This document shows, one piece after another, positions 44,029 to 61,822 of a stretch of DNA of 64,000 nucleotides. Numbering within the stretch: the first letter of the stretch is position 1; each line of letters begins with the position of its first letter. A program made the translations under genes and the position numbers. Source of the stretch: Nitrososphaerota archaeon. GTDB lineage: Archaea > Thermoproteota > Nitrososphaeria > Conexivisphaerales > UBA164. The stretch is from NCBI GenBank assembly GCA_023381255.1, contig JAMCTX010000021.1:5184-69183 (forward strand), read 5' to 3'. Under the pieces are notes generated by a model that did not search any database, was not told the origin of the DNA, and saw nothing but the letters and a program-made list of their open reading frames with translations.

Positions 44029-44682
44029 ATGGAAAAGGCAAGGGAAAGCTACAACAAAGGGAATTTTAAGGAAACGATCAGGCTCCTCAAAGATTTCGAA
44101 AAAAACGGGCTGGACAGGTACGAATCGCTTATGCTCTTAGGGCATTCCTATTTCTATATGCACAAGGGCAAGGAAGCAGTAAGGTCTTTTTCTGAAGCTT
44201 TATCCGCGTCCCCAGAAAGCAAGGAAGCTGCGCTGTTTCTGGGCAAATCCTATAACATGATTGGAAAAAGAAATGACGCTATTGAAGCCTTCCGCGACGC
44301 TCTAAAGATTGACCCTGAGTATAAGGATGCACTTATTAATCTGGGCGTTACGCTGGCAGAGCTTGCAAATCAGGATGAAGCCGAGGGGGTATTTAAGCAG
44401 ATTACAGAAAAGTTTCCAGACGAAAAGAGGGGATGGTACAACCTTGGCCTTGTAAACTTTCACAAAAAGAACTACTCAGACTCCGAAGGCTGTTTTAAAA
44501 GGGCCATAGAACTTGACCCCGAATTTACAGAAGCACAGTACAACCTTGCTGCTGTATACTGCGTTACTGGAAATGATGCACTTTTTTCTGAATATGTTGA
44601 AAAAATAAAAGGAAAAAATGCCAGACTTGCAAAAATGCTGGTTGGAGCCTGCAATAAAGAAAGAAAGAAGCTCAAACGGTAG
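44029..44682 (+). CDS. TPR-repeat protein
   Basis: Five to six 34-aa repeats with the W/L-G-Y-A-F-A-P pattern ('AIEAFRDALKIDPEYKDALINLG', 'CFKRAIELDPEFTEAQYNLA'). Confidence 0.8.
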   Translation: MEKARESYNKGNFKETIRLLKDFEKNGLDRYESLMLLGHSYFYMHKGKEAVRSFSEALSASPESKEAALFLGKSYNMIGKRNDAIEAFRDALKIDPEYKDALINLGVTLAELANQDEAEGVFKQITEKFPDEKRGWYNLGLVNFHKKNYSDSEGCFKRAIELDPEFTEAQYNLAAVYCVTGNDALFSEYVEKIKGKNARLAKMLVGACNKERKKLKR

Positions 44683-47344
44683 TTGATGCCTTGTGCTTTT
44701 TATTGAGCTCTGCCTGTGCTGCCGCAAGTCTCGCTATTGGAACCCTGTATGGTGATGCACTTACATAGTTAACGTCAACGCTGTTGAATTTTTCTATTGA
44801 ATCCGGGTCTCCGCCTGTTTCGCCGCATACACCAACTTCAAGTTCCGAATTGGCCTCCTTGCCTTCCTTTGAGCCTATTGCTACAAGCCTGCCAACGCCC
44901 TCGGCATCAAGCGTGGAAAACGGGTCTGCCGGCAGGACCTTGCTGTCAACATAAAACGGTATGAATTTTGCTTCAACATCGTCCCTGCTGAACGCAAATG
45001 TTGCCTGAGTTAGGTCGTTTGTGCCAAATGAGAAGAAGTCAGCATACTTGGCTATTCTGGATGCGGTGAGCGCGGCCCTCGGAGTTTCTATCATAGTTCC
45101 TACTTTGTACTTTATTGTTTTGCCACTGGCTTTCATGGTTTCTTCGGCAACTCTCGTAACTATCTCCCTTGCGCGCCTGAGTTCCTCTGCTTCTGCCAGC
45201 TGTGAAATCATCACTTCCACTATAGGAGCTTCGCCTTCTTCCTTTAACACTTCCAGCGCGGCTTCAAATATTGCGGCCACCTGCATTTCATATATTTCTG
45301 GATACATAAGCGCAAGCCTTACCCCTCTCTGACCCATCATTGGGTTGTATTCTTTCAGTTCCATCACCCTCTTAAGCACTTTTTCCTTCTCTGCCAACAG
45401 CGCTTTGTCCTTACCAGTTACCCTCAATTCCGTAACTTCTGGCAATATTTCCTCAAGCTTTGGCAGGAATTCGTGCAGGGGCAGGTCAAGCAACCTAATT
45501 GTTACTGGCAGCCCCTTCATTATCTTGAAGAGCGCCTTGAAATCATTTTTCTGCAAAGGCTTGATCTGGTTCAGGTATTTTTTCCTTTCCTCTACAGTAT
45601 CGGAAAGTATCATTTTTTGAACCAGAATTAGCCTGTCAGGGGCGTTGAACATCCTTTCTGTCCTGGCAAGCCCTATGCCCTCTGCCCTGTTCTCCTTGGC
45701 CTTAGCTGCCATTTCTGGCGTGTCCGCATTTGCCCTTACCCTGAGCCTTCTGAAGCCGTCAGCCCACTCCAGTATCTGGGCTACGTCGCCGCTGAGCTTT
45801 GGCTCTACAAGCGGAAGCTCACCCACAAATACGCCTCCCGTTGTTCCATCTATTGTTATAATTTCCCCTTCCTTTACCGTTTTGCCTCCTGCTTCAAAAT
45901 AATGAGCGTCCATGTTTATCTTTATGGATTCTGCACCAACAATGCAGGGCTTTCCCATGCCTCTGGTAACAACAGCCGCATGGCTTGTCATGCCTCCCCT
46001 GCTTGTCAACACACCGTCAGCAGCTGCTATTCCAACTATGTCTTCAGGTGTAGTTTCTGGCCTCACAAGAACCACCTTTTCACCGCGCTTTTTCAATTCT
46101 TGCGCCTTTTCGTTGGTAAAAATAACTTTGCCAACCGCAGCTCCTGGAGATGCCGCCAGGCCCTTGGCTATTGGCGAAGCCTTCATGCTTGGATCAATCT
46201 GCTTGTACAGAAGCGTCTGTATCTGGTTGGGCTCGACCCTGAGCACGGCTTCCTCTTTTTTAATCAGCCCTTCATTAACCATATCAATGGCCGTTTTAAC
46301 TGCGGCAGCTGCCGTCCTTTTGGCATTTCTGGTCTGCAGCATGTAAAGCTTGCCGCTTTCAACGGTGAACTCGATATCCTGCATGTCCTTAAAATACTGT
46401 TCCAATTTTTTGGCTATATCTTCCAGCTGCCTGTAAGCTTCTGGCATTATCTCCTTAAGCTTTTCAACTGGCACTGGTGTTCTTATTCCGGCAACAACAT
46501 CCTCCCCCTGAGCCTTGAGCAAAAACTCGCCGTAAAACTTCTTTTCGCCAGTTGAAGGGTTCCTTGTAAATGCAACTCCAGTTCCGCTCCTATCATCCAT
46601 GTTACCAAATACCATCATGACGATGTTTACTGCGGTGCCAAGCTCGTCAGGTATCTTGTAAATCTTCCTGTACTCAATTGCCCTCTGGTTCCACCAAGAT
46701 TCAAAAACTGCACCCACTGCCATGAACAGCTGTTCCCACGGGTCCTGTGGCAGGTCTTTTCCCGTATTGTCCTTTATTATCTTCTTGTATCTTGTAACAA
46801 GTTCCCTCCACCCTTTTGCTGAAACTTCGATGTCGTTCTTCACTTTCAGTTCTTCTTTCAACCTTTCCAGTTCCTTGTCAAAGAGTTCCCCGGGAACCCT
46901 CATCACAATTTTTCCGAATAACTGTATAAAGCGCCTGTATGTATCGTAGGCAAACCGCTCATCGTTGAATTTTTTAGCAACTATATCGACAACCGTATCG
47001 TTTATTCCTAGGTTAAGCACAGTATCCATCATTCCTGGCATTGAATAAGGAGCCCCTGACCTTACAGATACCAGCAGGGGATTGTTTTTGTCGTTGAATC
47101 TTTTTCCCACTTTATTTTCTAAAGCTTCCACCTTTTGAGTTATTGCGTCCTGCAATTCAGGCCACAGCCTTTTACCCCTCTTGAAATATTCGTTGCACAT
47201 GCCTGTTGTTATTACCACACCCGACGGCACAGGAAGACCAAGCTTCGTCATTTCAACCAAGCCGTATCCTTTTCCCCCCAGCTCAAACTTAGTTAGGTTC
47301 AGCGGGGCAGCTTCTTCAAACAGATACACTTCTACCTGACTCAT
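44672..47344 (-). CDS. ppdK: pyruvate, phosphate dikinase
   Basis: ATP-grasp N-terminus 'GGKGYGLVEM', phospho-His motif 'GGMTSHAAVVTRGMGKPC', and C-terminal PEP-utiliser TIM barrel 'FSFGTNDLTQ'. Confidence 0.9.
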   Translation of the reverse strand: MSQVEVYLFEEAAPLNLTKFELGGKGYGLVEMTKLGLPVPSGVVITTGMCNEYFKRGKRLWPELQDAITQKVEALENKVGKRFNDKNNPLLVSVRSGAPYSMPGMMDTVLNLGINDTVVDIVAKKFNDERFAYDTYRRFIQLFGKIVMRVPGELFDKELERLKEELKVKNDIEVSAKGWRELVTRYKKIIKDNTGKDLPQDPWEQLFMAVGAVFESWWNQRAIEYRKIYKIPDELGTAVNIVMMVFGNMDDRSGTGVAFTRNPSTGEKKFYGEFLLKAQGEDVVAGIRTPVPVEKLKEIMPEAYRQLEDIAKKLEQYFKDMQDIEFTVESGKLYMLQTRNAKRTAAAAVKTAIDMVNEGLIKKEEAVLRVEPNQIQTLLYKQIDPSMKASPIAKGLAASPGAAVGKVIFTNEKAQELKKRGEKVVLVRPETTPEDIVGIAAADGVLTSRGGMTSHAAVVTRGMGKPCIVGAESIKINMDAHYFEAGGKTVKEGEIITIDGTTGGVFVGELPLVEPKLSGDVAQILEWADGFRRLRVRANADTPEMAAKAKENRAEGIGLARTERMFNAPDRLILVQKMILSDTVEERKKYLNQIKPLQKNDFKALFKIMKGLPVTIRLLDLPLHEFLPKLEEILPEVTELRVTGKDKALLAEKEKVLKRVMELKEYNPMMGQRGVRLALMYPEIYEMQVAAIFEAALEVLKEEGEAPIVEVMISQLAEAEELRRAREIVTRVAEETMKASGKTIKYKVGTMIETPRAALTASRIAKYADFFSFGTNDLTQATFAFSRDDVEAKFIPFYVDSKVLPADPFSTLDAEGVGRLVAIGSKEGKEANSELEVGVCGETGGDPDSIEKFNSVDVNYVSASPYRVPIARLAAAQAELNKKHKASTTV

Positions 47345-47465
47345 TCTGACATGCATCGAGCCGGATATTATATAAGTGTTAACCCTCTTTGGCTTTGGTA
47401 ATTTCCTGTCTCTGGCTCATATTGCCTGCAAAGTTTAAAAGTGATGCTGGCTTTGAACAGGTTTA

Positions 47466-49205
47466 TTGAAGTCTCACCACGCGCGCAGGCTCAGCTATTT
47501 TGAAAAGTGGGCGCTGATCGGGTTATTGGTTGGGATAATAGCCGGGCTTTCCTCAATGGCCGTTTTTTACGCGCTGAGGGTTGTGGAATACATTTTTCTG
47601 GTAAAGGGGGCAGGAATTTCGCTTCCGGTGCCCATAGGAGAAGGGGGAAGCGTGGTTTTCAGTTACACCGCATTGAGGCCGTACCTGCTGCCCGTATTTG
47701 CTGCTACAGGGGCCTTTATTTCTGGAATTCTTATCAGGTTTTCATCCAGCGCTTCTGGCAACGGAACAGACAAGACAATTGAGGCGTTTCACTACAAGCA
47801 TGGGAAGTTCGATAAATTGGGCTGGCTGGTGAAACTTCTGGCGTCGGCTTTTACCATAGGAACAGGCGGCAGCGCCGGCAGGGAGGGACCAGAAGCCTTT
47901 ATATCAGCGGGTCTCTCGTCAAATATTTCAGGAATACTGAAAATTTCTCCAGAGGACAGGAGGAAGATAGTGGCAGTGGCTCTTGGGGCTGGAATAGGAA
48001 CAATATTTAAATCCCCCATTGCTGGGGCGTTGCTTTCGGCTGAACTGCTCTACAGGAGGGATTTTGAATATGAAGTTATTTTTCCGTCATTAATTGCTTC
48101 AGCCATTGGTTATATGATATTTGGTCTGGCAGTTGGCTATGGGCCCATCTTTGGCATATACATCTACACGTTTTCTGTTTATCAGGTGCCGTCTTTTATC
48201 CTGCTTGGCCTGATTTGTGGCGCATTTGCAATTCTATACGTAAAATCTATGTTAGGGTTTGAACATATTTTTAGCAAACTAAGGGCACCGCTTGCTGTTC
48301 GCGCTGCAATAGGGGGGCTTGCCGTTGGGATTATTGGCATGATGTTCCCTGAAATTATTTCTGTCGGATATGGGTGGATGAATATGATAATGCTTGATAA
48401 AACATATGAGCTGGTTGGGCTGGGCCTGAGCCCTCTTTTAATTTTAATTTTACTTCCATTTTTAAAAATTCTGGCCACCTCCTTGACCATAGGAAGTGGT
48501 GGCTCTGGCGGAGAATTCGCACCCGGCATAATGATAGGTGGTCTGGTTGGTTCCGCTTTTGGAGTTATGCTAAATTTGCTTTCAGGAGGCTCGTCTTCGC
48601 TTGTGCCTTATGCGGTTATCGGTATGGCGGCGCTTTTTGGAGCTGCTGCCAATGCGCCTATATCCGTAATGATAATGGCTATCGAAATGGGAGGCAGCAT
48701 AGAACTTCTTCCTCCTGCAATGCTGGCATCGGTTGTATCATATCTGATAGCATGGAAATTTTCCCTTTACCATTCACAGGTTACCACTCGGCGTGATTCA
48801 CCGGCTCACGCACAGGAATATTCTATTCCCCTGCTCTCCACAATAAAGGTGGAAGACATCAGCATAAAAAACGTTTTTGTAAATCTTGATACGCCCATAA
48901 AGGAGGCGGTTTTAAAAATGAGGTCTGAAGGCTTGGCTTCGATTCCTGTAATAGACTCGAACGGAAAGTTTGTGGGCATTGTAAGGCTGTCTGACCTTAA
49001 TGAGGCTAAAGTCATATCTGAAAAGGTTATAAGGGGAACACCTTACGTCAGGCCCGAATCAAATCTGGAACAGGCATGGGAGGCACTGGCTACATCCAGG
49101 TCGTCCTGGGTGCCGGTGGTAAAGGATGGAAAATTTGTGGGCATAATAACGGTAAAGGAAATGCTGGATGGGTATGAGAAATTCTCAAAAATGCAACAAG
49201 CATAA
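47466..49205 (+). CDS. ClC chloride channel / H+-Cl- antiporter with two C-terminal CBS domains
   Basis: 'GGSAGREGP', '[18 protein letters not shown]' and 'GGEFAPG' selectivity-filter motifs. The CBS pair begins at '[11 protein letters not shown]'. Confidence 0.85.
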   Translation: MKSHHARRLSYFEKWALIGLLVGIIAGLSSMAVFYALRVVEYIFLVKGAGISLPVPIGEGGSVVFSYTALRPYLLPVFAATGAFISGILIRFSSSASGNGTDKTIEAFHYKHGKFDKLGWLVKLLASAFTIGTGGSAGREGPEAFISAGLSSNISGILKISPEDRRKIVAVALGAGIGTIFKSPIAGALLSAELLYRRDFEYEVIFPSLIASAIGYMIFGLAVGYGPIFGIYIYTFSVYQVPSFILLGLICGAFAILYVKSMLGFEHIFSKLRAPLAVRAAIGGLAVGIIGMMFPEIISVGYGWMNMIMLDKTYELVGLGLSPLLILILLPFLKILATSLTIGSGGSGGEFAPGIMIGGLVGSAFGVMLNLLSGGSSSLVPYAVIGMAALFGAAANAPISVMIMAIEMGGSIELLPPAMLASVVSYLIAWKFSLYHSQVTTRRDSPAHAQEYSIPLLSTIKVEDISIKNVFVNLDTPIKEAVLKMRSEGLASIPVIDSNGKFVGIVRLSDLNEAKVISEKVIRGTPYVRPESNLEQAWEALATSRSSWVPVVKDGKFVGIITVKEMLDGYEKFSKMQQA

Positions 49206-49225
49206 ATACTGATTTTGATAGTAGA

Positions 49226-50554
49226 GTGTTTATGAGCTATACTGAACATTCTAAAAGGGTATTTCTGAACACCGGAACCCGGTTTCAGCGGTCAATAATC
49301 TGGTCCATGGGGGCTGTAAAGCTGGCCGCAGCCCGGGCCAACGTTTTGCTGGGAATTATGGGGCAGGATATGGGGCAGGCAATAGAAAAAGCCGCGCTTG
49401 AACTTATGGACGGGTTGCATGACGAAGAGATCACTGTCGACGTATTTCAGACTGGGTCTGGGACTGGAATAAACATGAATGTTAATGAAGTGATCTCAAA
49501 AAGGGCTTCCGAAATTCTTGGGTCAAAGGTGCACCCAAACGACCACGTAAATATGTCGCAGTCGTCAAACGATGTTGTTCCTACAGCGATAAGGGTTGCA
49601 GCTGCGAGGGACGCGCTTTTATACCTGATCCCTTCTTTAAAGGAACTTGTAAGCTCTTTAAATGCTGCTTCACAGAAGGCATCAGATGTATATAAACCAG
49701 GAAGAACACATCTGAGGGATGCGCTTCCTGTTACCCTAGGACAGGAGTTCGGCGCTTACGCGACTGCCTTTGAAAGGGATTCGCAGGCGATATCGGCGTC
49801 CGTTAACGATGTAAAGGTATTGCCCATCGGTGCAACCGCAGTTGGAACGGGCATCAATTCGCCCATTGAATTTAGCAAAACGGTAGTAAAAGAAGTAAAC
49901 AAAATTATAGATCTGGGTTACAAAGTGGCTGATAACAGATTCATGAGAATGAGGCTGTTGACGGACCTGGTGAACCTTTCAGGTGCCATAAGAGGAACAT
50001 CGCTTGACCTGTACAGGCTCTCCCAGGACCTCAGGCTGATGTTTTCTGGGCCAATGACGGGGATAAACGAAATAGACATACCAAGCCAGGAGGAGGTTGC
50101 GGGAAGCAGCATAATGCCGGGCAAAATCAACCCAGTAACCGTAGAGTCTTGCCTTCAATCTTCGGTTCAAATAATGGGCATTGACCATGCGGTACAGCTT
50201 GCCGGCATGCTGGGTGAATTTGAGTTGAGCATGGGTGTTCCGCTTACTGGATATGATGTGATTTTGGAAATAGCGCTGCTTAGTGAATCGCTCACAAAAA
50301 TGGCCAAAGTTGTAATAGACAACGTTGTTCCCAATAGGGAAAGGTCCAAAAGGCTAGCTGAAAGCAGTCCTTCGCTTATAACAATAATTTCACCATACAT
50401 AGGATATGACAAAGCTTCAAAAATAGGAAAACAGCTTGCAAAAGGGCTATCCTTGAGAGATGCCCTAAAGGAACTGGGATACAAGGATAATGAAATCGAT
50501 ACAATGCTTGACATGAAAAAATTAGTTAAGGGCGGATTTGTTAGTAAACAATAA
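49226..50554 (+). CDS. fumC: class II fumarate hydratase (aspartase/fumarase superfamily)
   Basis: The signature '[11 protein letters not shown]' (Gly before Lys favours fumarase), plus 'SSNDVVPTA' and '[17 protein letters not shown]'. The N-terminus is about 20 aa shorter than the FumC proteins I know. Confidence 0.75.
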   Translation: MFMSYTEHSKRVFLNTGTRFQRSIIWSMGAVKLAAARANVLLGIMGQDMGQAIEKAALELMDGLHDEEITVDVFQTGSGTGINMNVNEVISKRASEILGSKVHPNDHVNMSQSSNDVVPTAIRVAAARDALLYLIPSLKELVSSLNAASQKASDVYKPGRTHLRDALPVTLGQEFGAYATAFERDSQAISASVNDVKVLPIGATAVGTGINSPIEFSKTVVKEVNKIIDLGYKVADNRFMRMRLLTDLVNLSGAIRGTSLDLYRLSQDLRLMFSGPMTGINEIDIPSQEEVAGSSIMPGKINPVTVESCLQSSVQIMGIDHAVQLAGMLGEFELSMGVPLTGYDVILEIALLSESLTKMAKVVIDNVVPNRERSKRLAESSPSLITIISPYIGYDKASKIGKQLAKGLSLRDALKELGYKDNEIDTMLDMKKLVKGGFVSKQ

Positions 50555-50658
50555 ACAGATTGCTTTTTTTGATTGTCACTAAATTCTTCTCATTTTAAAC
50601 AGCCTTAACACTAGAAAACAAAAAATCAGCCAGCAGCACCTGCTACCACTGCTTTTAA

Positions 50659-50733
50659 TGGGCTGGCCAGGATTTGAACCTGGGATCTTCGCCGTGTAAG
50701 GGCGATGTGCTAACCAGGCTACACCACCAGCCC
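50659..50733 (-). tRNA. tRNA-Val (UAC)
   Basis: GGGCUGG...UCGCC-CUUACAC-GGCGA...CCAGGUUCAAAUCCUGG-CCAGCCC-A. Its 5' end lies 2 nt from the 23S 3' processing-stem arm. Confidence 0.9.
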
Positions 50734-50734
50734 C

Positions 50735-50749
50735 ACTGCACATAGGGAT
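50735..50749 (-). other. 23S rRNA processing-stem arm (3' flank); partner arm at 53845-53859
   Basis: Plus-strand ACTGCACATAGGGAT versus ATCCCTATGTACAGT. These are reverse complements at 14 of 15 positions. Confidence 0.7.
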
Positions 50750-50766
50750 ATTGACGGCTGACCATA

Positions 50767-53824
<3,058 letters not shown>

Positions 53825-53928
53825 GATATGATCAACTTTCGTCATCCCTATGTACAGTGTCATCGCGGATCTGTAAATCCACTTCACTCTTCATCTGCAG
53901 GCTTAACTGCAGATTGCATATTTAACAT

Positions 53929-53940
53929 CTGGTCACAGAA
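53929..53940 (-). other. 16S rRNA processing-stem arm (3' flank); partner arm at 55498-55509
   Basis: Plus-strand CTGGTCACAGAA versus TTCTGTGACCAG are perfect 12-nt reverse complements. A second partial pairing is GTTTAGG (53951-53957) with CCTAAAC (55481-55487). Confidence 0.75.
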
Positions 53941-53971
53941 TTTAGTAAGAGTTTAGGTCGGCAATGTACAT

Positions 53972-55468
<1,497 letters not shown>

Positions 55469-55841
55469 TCGCACTACCGGCCTAAACTCTATTTACCTTC
55501 TGTGACCAGCATCAGTTCCAACATATAGATGTTGGATCTTCATTATTGTACGCGCACTTGGAGATCACTGCATCACAGTCAGGGCAAGAATATACCCATC
55601 TCTGCAATGATGCCCGTTTATGCGCGTTATAAATCAGCAATATCCCCTTTATTAATTTTTATCAATTGCATGAAACAGAGGAATAAAAATCAACTGGTGC
55701 TTTCTTTAAGATGGTGATGTCAATCTTAATTTTCTATGATGGATAAATATGATGGTTCTGGTTATTTTAAAACGGTAAAGCGGCTATTGTAGCACCAAGT
55801 TTGGAACAAGGTTTAAATTTAAACGTATAATACAGCTATTT

Positions 55842-56606
55842 ATGCAATGGATAGATTCCCACTCCCATCATTATCTAACCTCGCTTTCAACATTGGAAGA
55901 ATTGCATCGTGGAGGATTATCAGGGGCGGTTGAAGCCAGCTGGATACCAGTAAGGCCTTCATCCTCTTCAACTTTAATTGATCTGTACTCCTGGGTTGTA
56001 AACCAGGAGAAGGTGCGATTAAGTAAAATCGGCGTAAAGCCTGTTGCTGCAATAGGAATACATCCAAGATGCATCCCCACTTCTGAAGTGGAACAATCGC
56101 TAAACAATGTTGAAATGTGGCTGCAAATGGATGATGTAAAAGCTCTTGGAGAAGTCGGATTGGAAAGTGGTGATGATACAGAAGTTTATGTACTTGAAAG
56201 ACAATTACGGCTGGCAATGGCTGCTGACAAACCAGTCATTATGCATACGCCAAGAATCGACAAAAAAAATGTGCTCAAAAAAATATTAAGTACAGTTGAA
56301 ACTGTATCTTTTCCACAGGAAATGCTAGTTATAGACCATCTAAATTCTGAAGTTTACGACATGGTGCGTGGCCTTAAAACGTATTTTGGATTATCTGTGC
56401 AACCGGGAAAGTTATCCGTGGATGAAGCTTTTGAACTTGTGCAGAAACTCGATTTTGAGAGGGTGTTGATAAATTCTGATTCTAGCACCGAGCCAAGCCA
56501 GCCGGATTGGCCGGCCCTAGTTTTAAACAAATTAGAACGAAGCGAATTAAATGAAATCCCCAGAAAGATTGCAGTTGAAAATCCCCAGAAATTTTACAGA
56601 ATTTAA
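55842..56606 (+). CDS. TatD-related metal-dependent hydrolase (TIM barrel)
   Basis: N-terminal 'IDSHSH' metal ligands, plus 'GEVGLE', 'VIMHTP' and 'NSDSS'. Confidence 0.7.
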   Translation: MQWIDSHSHHYLTSLSTLEELHRGGLSGAVEASWIPVRPSSSSTLIDLYSWVVNQEKVRLSKIGVKPVAAIGIHPRCIPTSEVEQSLNNVEMWLQMDDVKALGEVGLESGDDTEVYVLERQLRLAMAADKPVIMHTPRIDKKNVLKKILSTVETVSFPQEMLVIDHLNSEVYDMVRGLKTYFGLSVQPGKLSVDEAFELVQKLDFERVLINSDSSTEPSQPDWPALVLNKLERSELNEIPRKIAVENPQKFYRI

Positions 56607-57186
56607 GCCGATTGATAGAAACTTTTACCTTAGGGAAACTACTGAGGTAGCCGAGGGATTGCTGGGTCAGCTGTTGGTTAGGACGATCGGCAAAAACTTA
56701 ATGGCGGTTAGAATCACAGAAGTGGAGGCATACAAAGGCCTGTTGGACCCGGCAAGTCATGCATACAGGGGAAGAGAAGGAAGGGCTAAAATCATGTTCG
56801 GAGATGTGGGCTTGGCATACGTGTACCTATCTTATGGTGTTCATTATTGCCTTAATGTTGTGGCTAAATCAAAGGAACAGGAGGCAGGCGCGGTTTTAAT
56901 AAGAAGTGGTGAACCGGTTATTGGGTATCAATTTATGAAAATGTTCCACAACAAGGACAAGTGCAAAATTTCAAGCGGTCCCGGGAATTTAACCAAGTCA
57001 TTAAACATAATTGGCGCATATAATGGATATGACCTGACTTCCGGCACGGACCTGCATATATCGCAGGGTTGGCTCAATGAAGGGGAAAAAATTATCAGAA
57101 GCTTTAGAGTGGGAATCTCGAAAGCCACAGATAAAAAGTGGAGGTTTTTGATTGCAGGTAACTGTACTGTTTCCAAGAAACCTTGA
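56551..57186 (+). CDS. mpg: DNA-3-methyladenine glycosylase (Mpg/AAG family)
   Basis: 'FYLRETTEVAEGLLGQLLV', 'ITEVEAYKGLLDPASHAYRGR..R...MFG..GLAYVYLSYGVHYCLNVV', and 'GAVLIRSGEP'. Confidence 0.85.
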   Translation: MKSPERLQLKIPRNFTEFKPIDRNFYLRETTEVAEGLLGQLLVRTIGKNLMAVRITEVEAYKGLLDPASHAYRGREGRAKIMFGDVGLAYVYLSYGVHYCLNVVAKSKEQEAGAVLIRSGEPVIGYQFMKMFHNKDKCKISSGPGNLTKSLNIIGAYNGYDLTSGTDLHISQGWLNEGEKIIRSFRVGISKATDKKWRFLIAGNCTVSKKP

Positions 57187-57212
57187 ATTTTGTTGCTTTC
57201 AGTGAAAAATAG

Positions 57213-57482
57213 TTATTTGTATGGAATCCTGTACACAGAACCGCACTTTGTGCACGTGAATATAAGTTTCCCCTTCCTTATCCTTATTGTTTTATCATAT
57301 AGTGGTGGCGAATATGCCTTACATTTTTTGCAAAAAAGCAATTTGAGTTCATAAGGCTGCTTTATCCTGAATTTCAGGGAAATCCTGTTTGCTAACCTTG
57401 CCTGTTTTTCTGAAAGTTTACTGAGCGGATCACCATATGCCTGCGTTGTTAGAAACTTTACTGATTCAGCTGCCGCTTTCAT
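57213..57482 (-). CDS. rnp4: RNase P protein component 4 (Rpp21/Rpr2)
   Basis: 'ARLANRISLKFRIKQPYELKLLFCKKCKAY...RIRKGKLIFTCTKCGSVYRIP' has the zinc ribbon and basic helices typical of Rpp21. Confidence 0.8.
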   Translation of the reverse strand: MKAAAESVKFLTTQAYGDPLSKLSEKQARLANRISLKFRIKQPYELKLLFCKKCKAYSPPLYDKTIRIRKGKLIFTCTKCGSVYRIPYK

Positions 57483-58209
57483 CCCTTATCCATCCATATC
57501 CTTCCTTATCTATTTTATCAGCAAGTGCCGAATCGCCGCCCACAGCTATTTTGCCATTTACAAGAACATAAACCACATCCGGTTTTATGTATCTTAAAAT
57601 CCTTGAATAATGAGTTACCATTATAATTGTATTGCCACTATTGGCATGTATTTTATTAATCGCAGAAGCTATTAATTCCAAAGAATCAACGTCAAGCCCT
57701 GAATCAATTTCATCAAGTATGGCAAACTTGGGCTGCAGTACTGCCATCTGTATTATTTCCATCTTCTTCCTTTCACCGCCGGACAGGCCTTCATTAAGAT
57801 TTCTGGAAAGCAGCAGGTCATCAATGCCAAGTTCAGACAGTTTCTGCTTTACCATCTTGTTAAAAACATATGTGCTCAGGTTTTGGCCTGTTATGGTGTT
57901 GTAAGCAGTTTTTATGAACGAAAAACTTGGAACGCCAGGCACCTCAACCGGATTTTGAAACGCCAGAAACAGCCCCCTTTTTGCTCTTTGGTCAGGGGAA
58001 AAGTGTGTTATTTCTTCACTGCCCAGAAGAATTTTTCCGTCTTGTATCTTATATGCTGGGTTGCCCATAATGGTAAAGCTTAACGTGCTTTTGCCTGAAC
58101 CGTTTGGCCCCATTATAGCATATATCTTTCCGTCATCAAATGTTACATTAACACCATTAAGTATAGTTTTATCATTTATCCCAGCTTTTAGATTGCTGAC
58201 ACTTAACAA
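57466..58209 (-). CDS. sufC: Fe-S cluster assembly ATPase SufC
   Basis: 'ILNGVNVTFDDGKIYAIMGPNGSGKSTLSFTIMGNPAYKIQDGKILLGSEEI', 'LSGGERKK' and 'FAILDEIDSGLD'. Confidence 0.85.
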   Translation of the reverse strand: MLSVSNLKAGINDKTILNGVNVTFDDGKIYAIMGPNGSGKSTLSFTIMGNPAYKIQDGKILLGSEEITHFSPDQRAKRGLFLAFQNPVEVPGVPSFSFIKTAYNTITGQNLSTYVFNKMVKQKLSELGIDDLLLSRNLNEGLSGGERKKMEIIQMAVLQPKFAILDEIDSGLDVDSLELIASAINKIHANSGNTIIMVTHYSRILRYIKPDVVYVLVNGKIAVGGDSALADKIDKEGYGWIRDESGS

Positions 58210-58263
58210 TTTAATAATGCTCTATCTATACAAGTTAAAACCTTTCCTAAAAAATTAAAAATG

Positions 58264-58358
58264 TAGCCCGGGGCGGATTCGAACCGCCGTCGCCGGGTTT
58301 CCCCTTGCTCTAGGAGCGATCCAGAGCCCGAAATCCTTGGCCCCTAGACGACCGGGCT
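58264..58358 (-). tRNA. tRNA-Gln (CUG) with a ~22-nt intron at the canonical 37/38 position
   Basis: AGCCCGG...UCGGG-CUCUGG|AUCGCUCCUAGAGCAAGGGGAA|A-CCCGG...GGCGGUUCGAAUCCGCC-CCGGGCU-A. It has the A1-U72 pair typical of archaeal tRNA-Gln. Confidence 0.85.
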
Positions 58359-58398
58359 TTAGCAGTGTAAGTAAATCCAGCTTGCTTTAAAAGTTTAG

Positions 58399-61240
<2,842 letters not shown>

Positions 61241-61270
61241 ATAAAAACATATCTAAAAAAACGCGCTGGC

Positions 61271-61822
61271 TCATTTGCCGCCATCCCCTAATAATTCATT
61301 TGCCTTATTATAGCCCGTTTCCAGAGCCCTGACGTTAAGTTCTTCCCACTTATGGCTTAACACTTCGCCGATTGCTGATTTCAATTCTCCTAGAGTCACT
61401 GTCTTGGATATTGCAGAAATAGCGCCCAGCATTATCATGTTAGCCACTATGGGGCTTTTCAGCTCATTCCTAGATATTTCCGTGGCCATTATATTGTAAA
61501 GCCTTCCCCTGTCTGGCTTTACTAGTGAACCGTCATATATTACTGTCGTGCCATTTTGTATTTTTCCAATCAAAGAATTCCATGATTGCTGAAACATAAA
61601 AACAGCCGTGTCGGCTTTTTGGACCTTGAAGAGCAAAACATCTTCCTCACGATCACCAACCACCAATTCTGTATACGATTCGCCCCCCCTAGTGGAGGCT
61701 CCATATTCTTCAGTCTGCACTACATGCTTCCCCTGGTATTTTACAAAGGAATACCCCAAAAGGTATCCCATCATCTGTATGCCCTGGCCGCCCTTGCCTG
61801 CTATAAGAATCTGATGCTTCAT
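61271..61822 (-). CDS. 2-oxoacid:ferredoxin oxidoreductase gamma subunit (four-subunit type)
   Basis: 'ILIAGKGGQGIQMMG' gamma signature. Confidence 0.8.
   Translation of the reverse strand: MKHQILIAGKGGQGIQMMGYLLGYSFVKYQGKHVVQTEEYGASTRGGESYTELVVGDREEDVLLFKVQKADTAVFMFQQSWNSLIGKIQNGTTVIYDGSLVKPDRGRLYNIMATEISRNELKSPIVANMIMLGAISAISKTVTLGELKSAIGEVLSHKWEELNVRALETGYNKANELLGDGGK

Noticed and set aside
45902-46555. 217-aa and 144-aa plus-strand ORFs inside ppdK, with similar long antisense ORFs at 23304-23897, 28045-28656, 20513-20974 and 17371-17871.
   Set aside because: Each is antisense to a confidently identified enzyme or transporter gene and has no motifs. These are typical shadow ORFs.
56551-56606. 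A 56-nt overlap between the TatD-like and Mpg genes, considered as a possible programmed feature.
   Set aside because: More likely the Mpg start is mis-set. The conserved Mpg core begins at 'FYLRE', so the true start is probably an alternative codon downstream, nearer that core.
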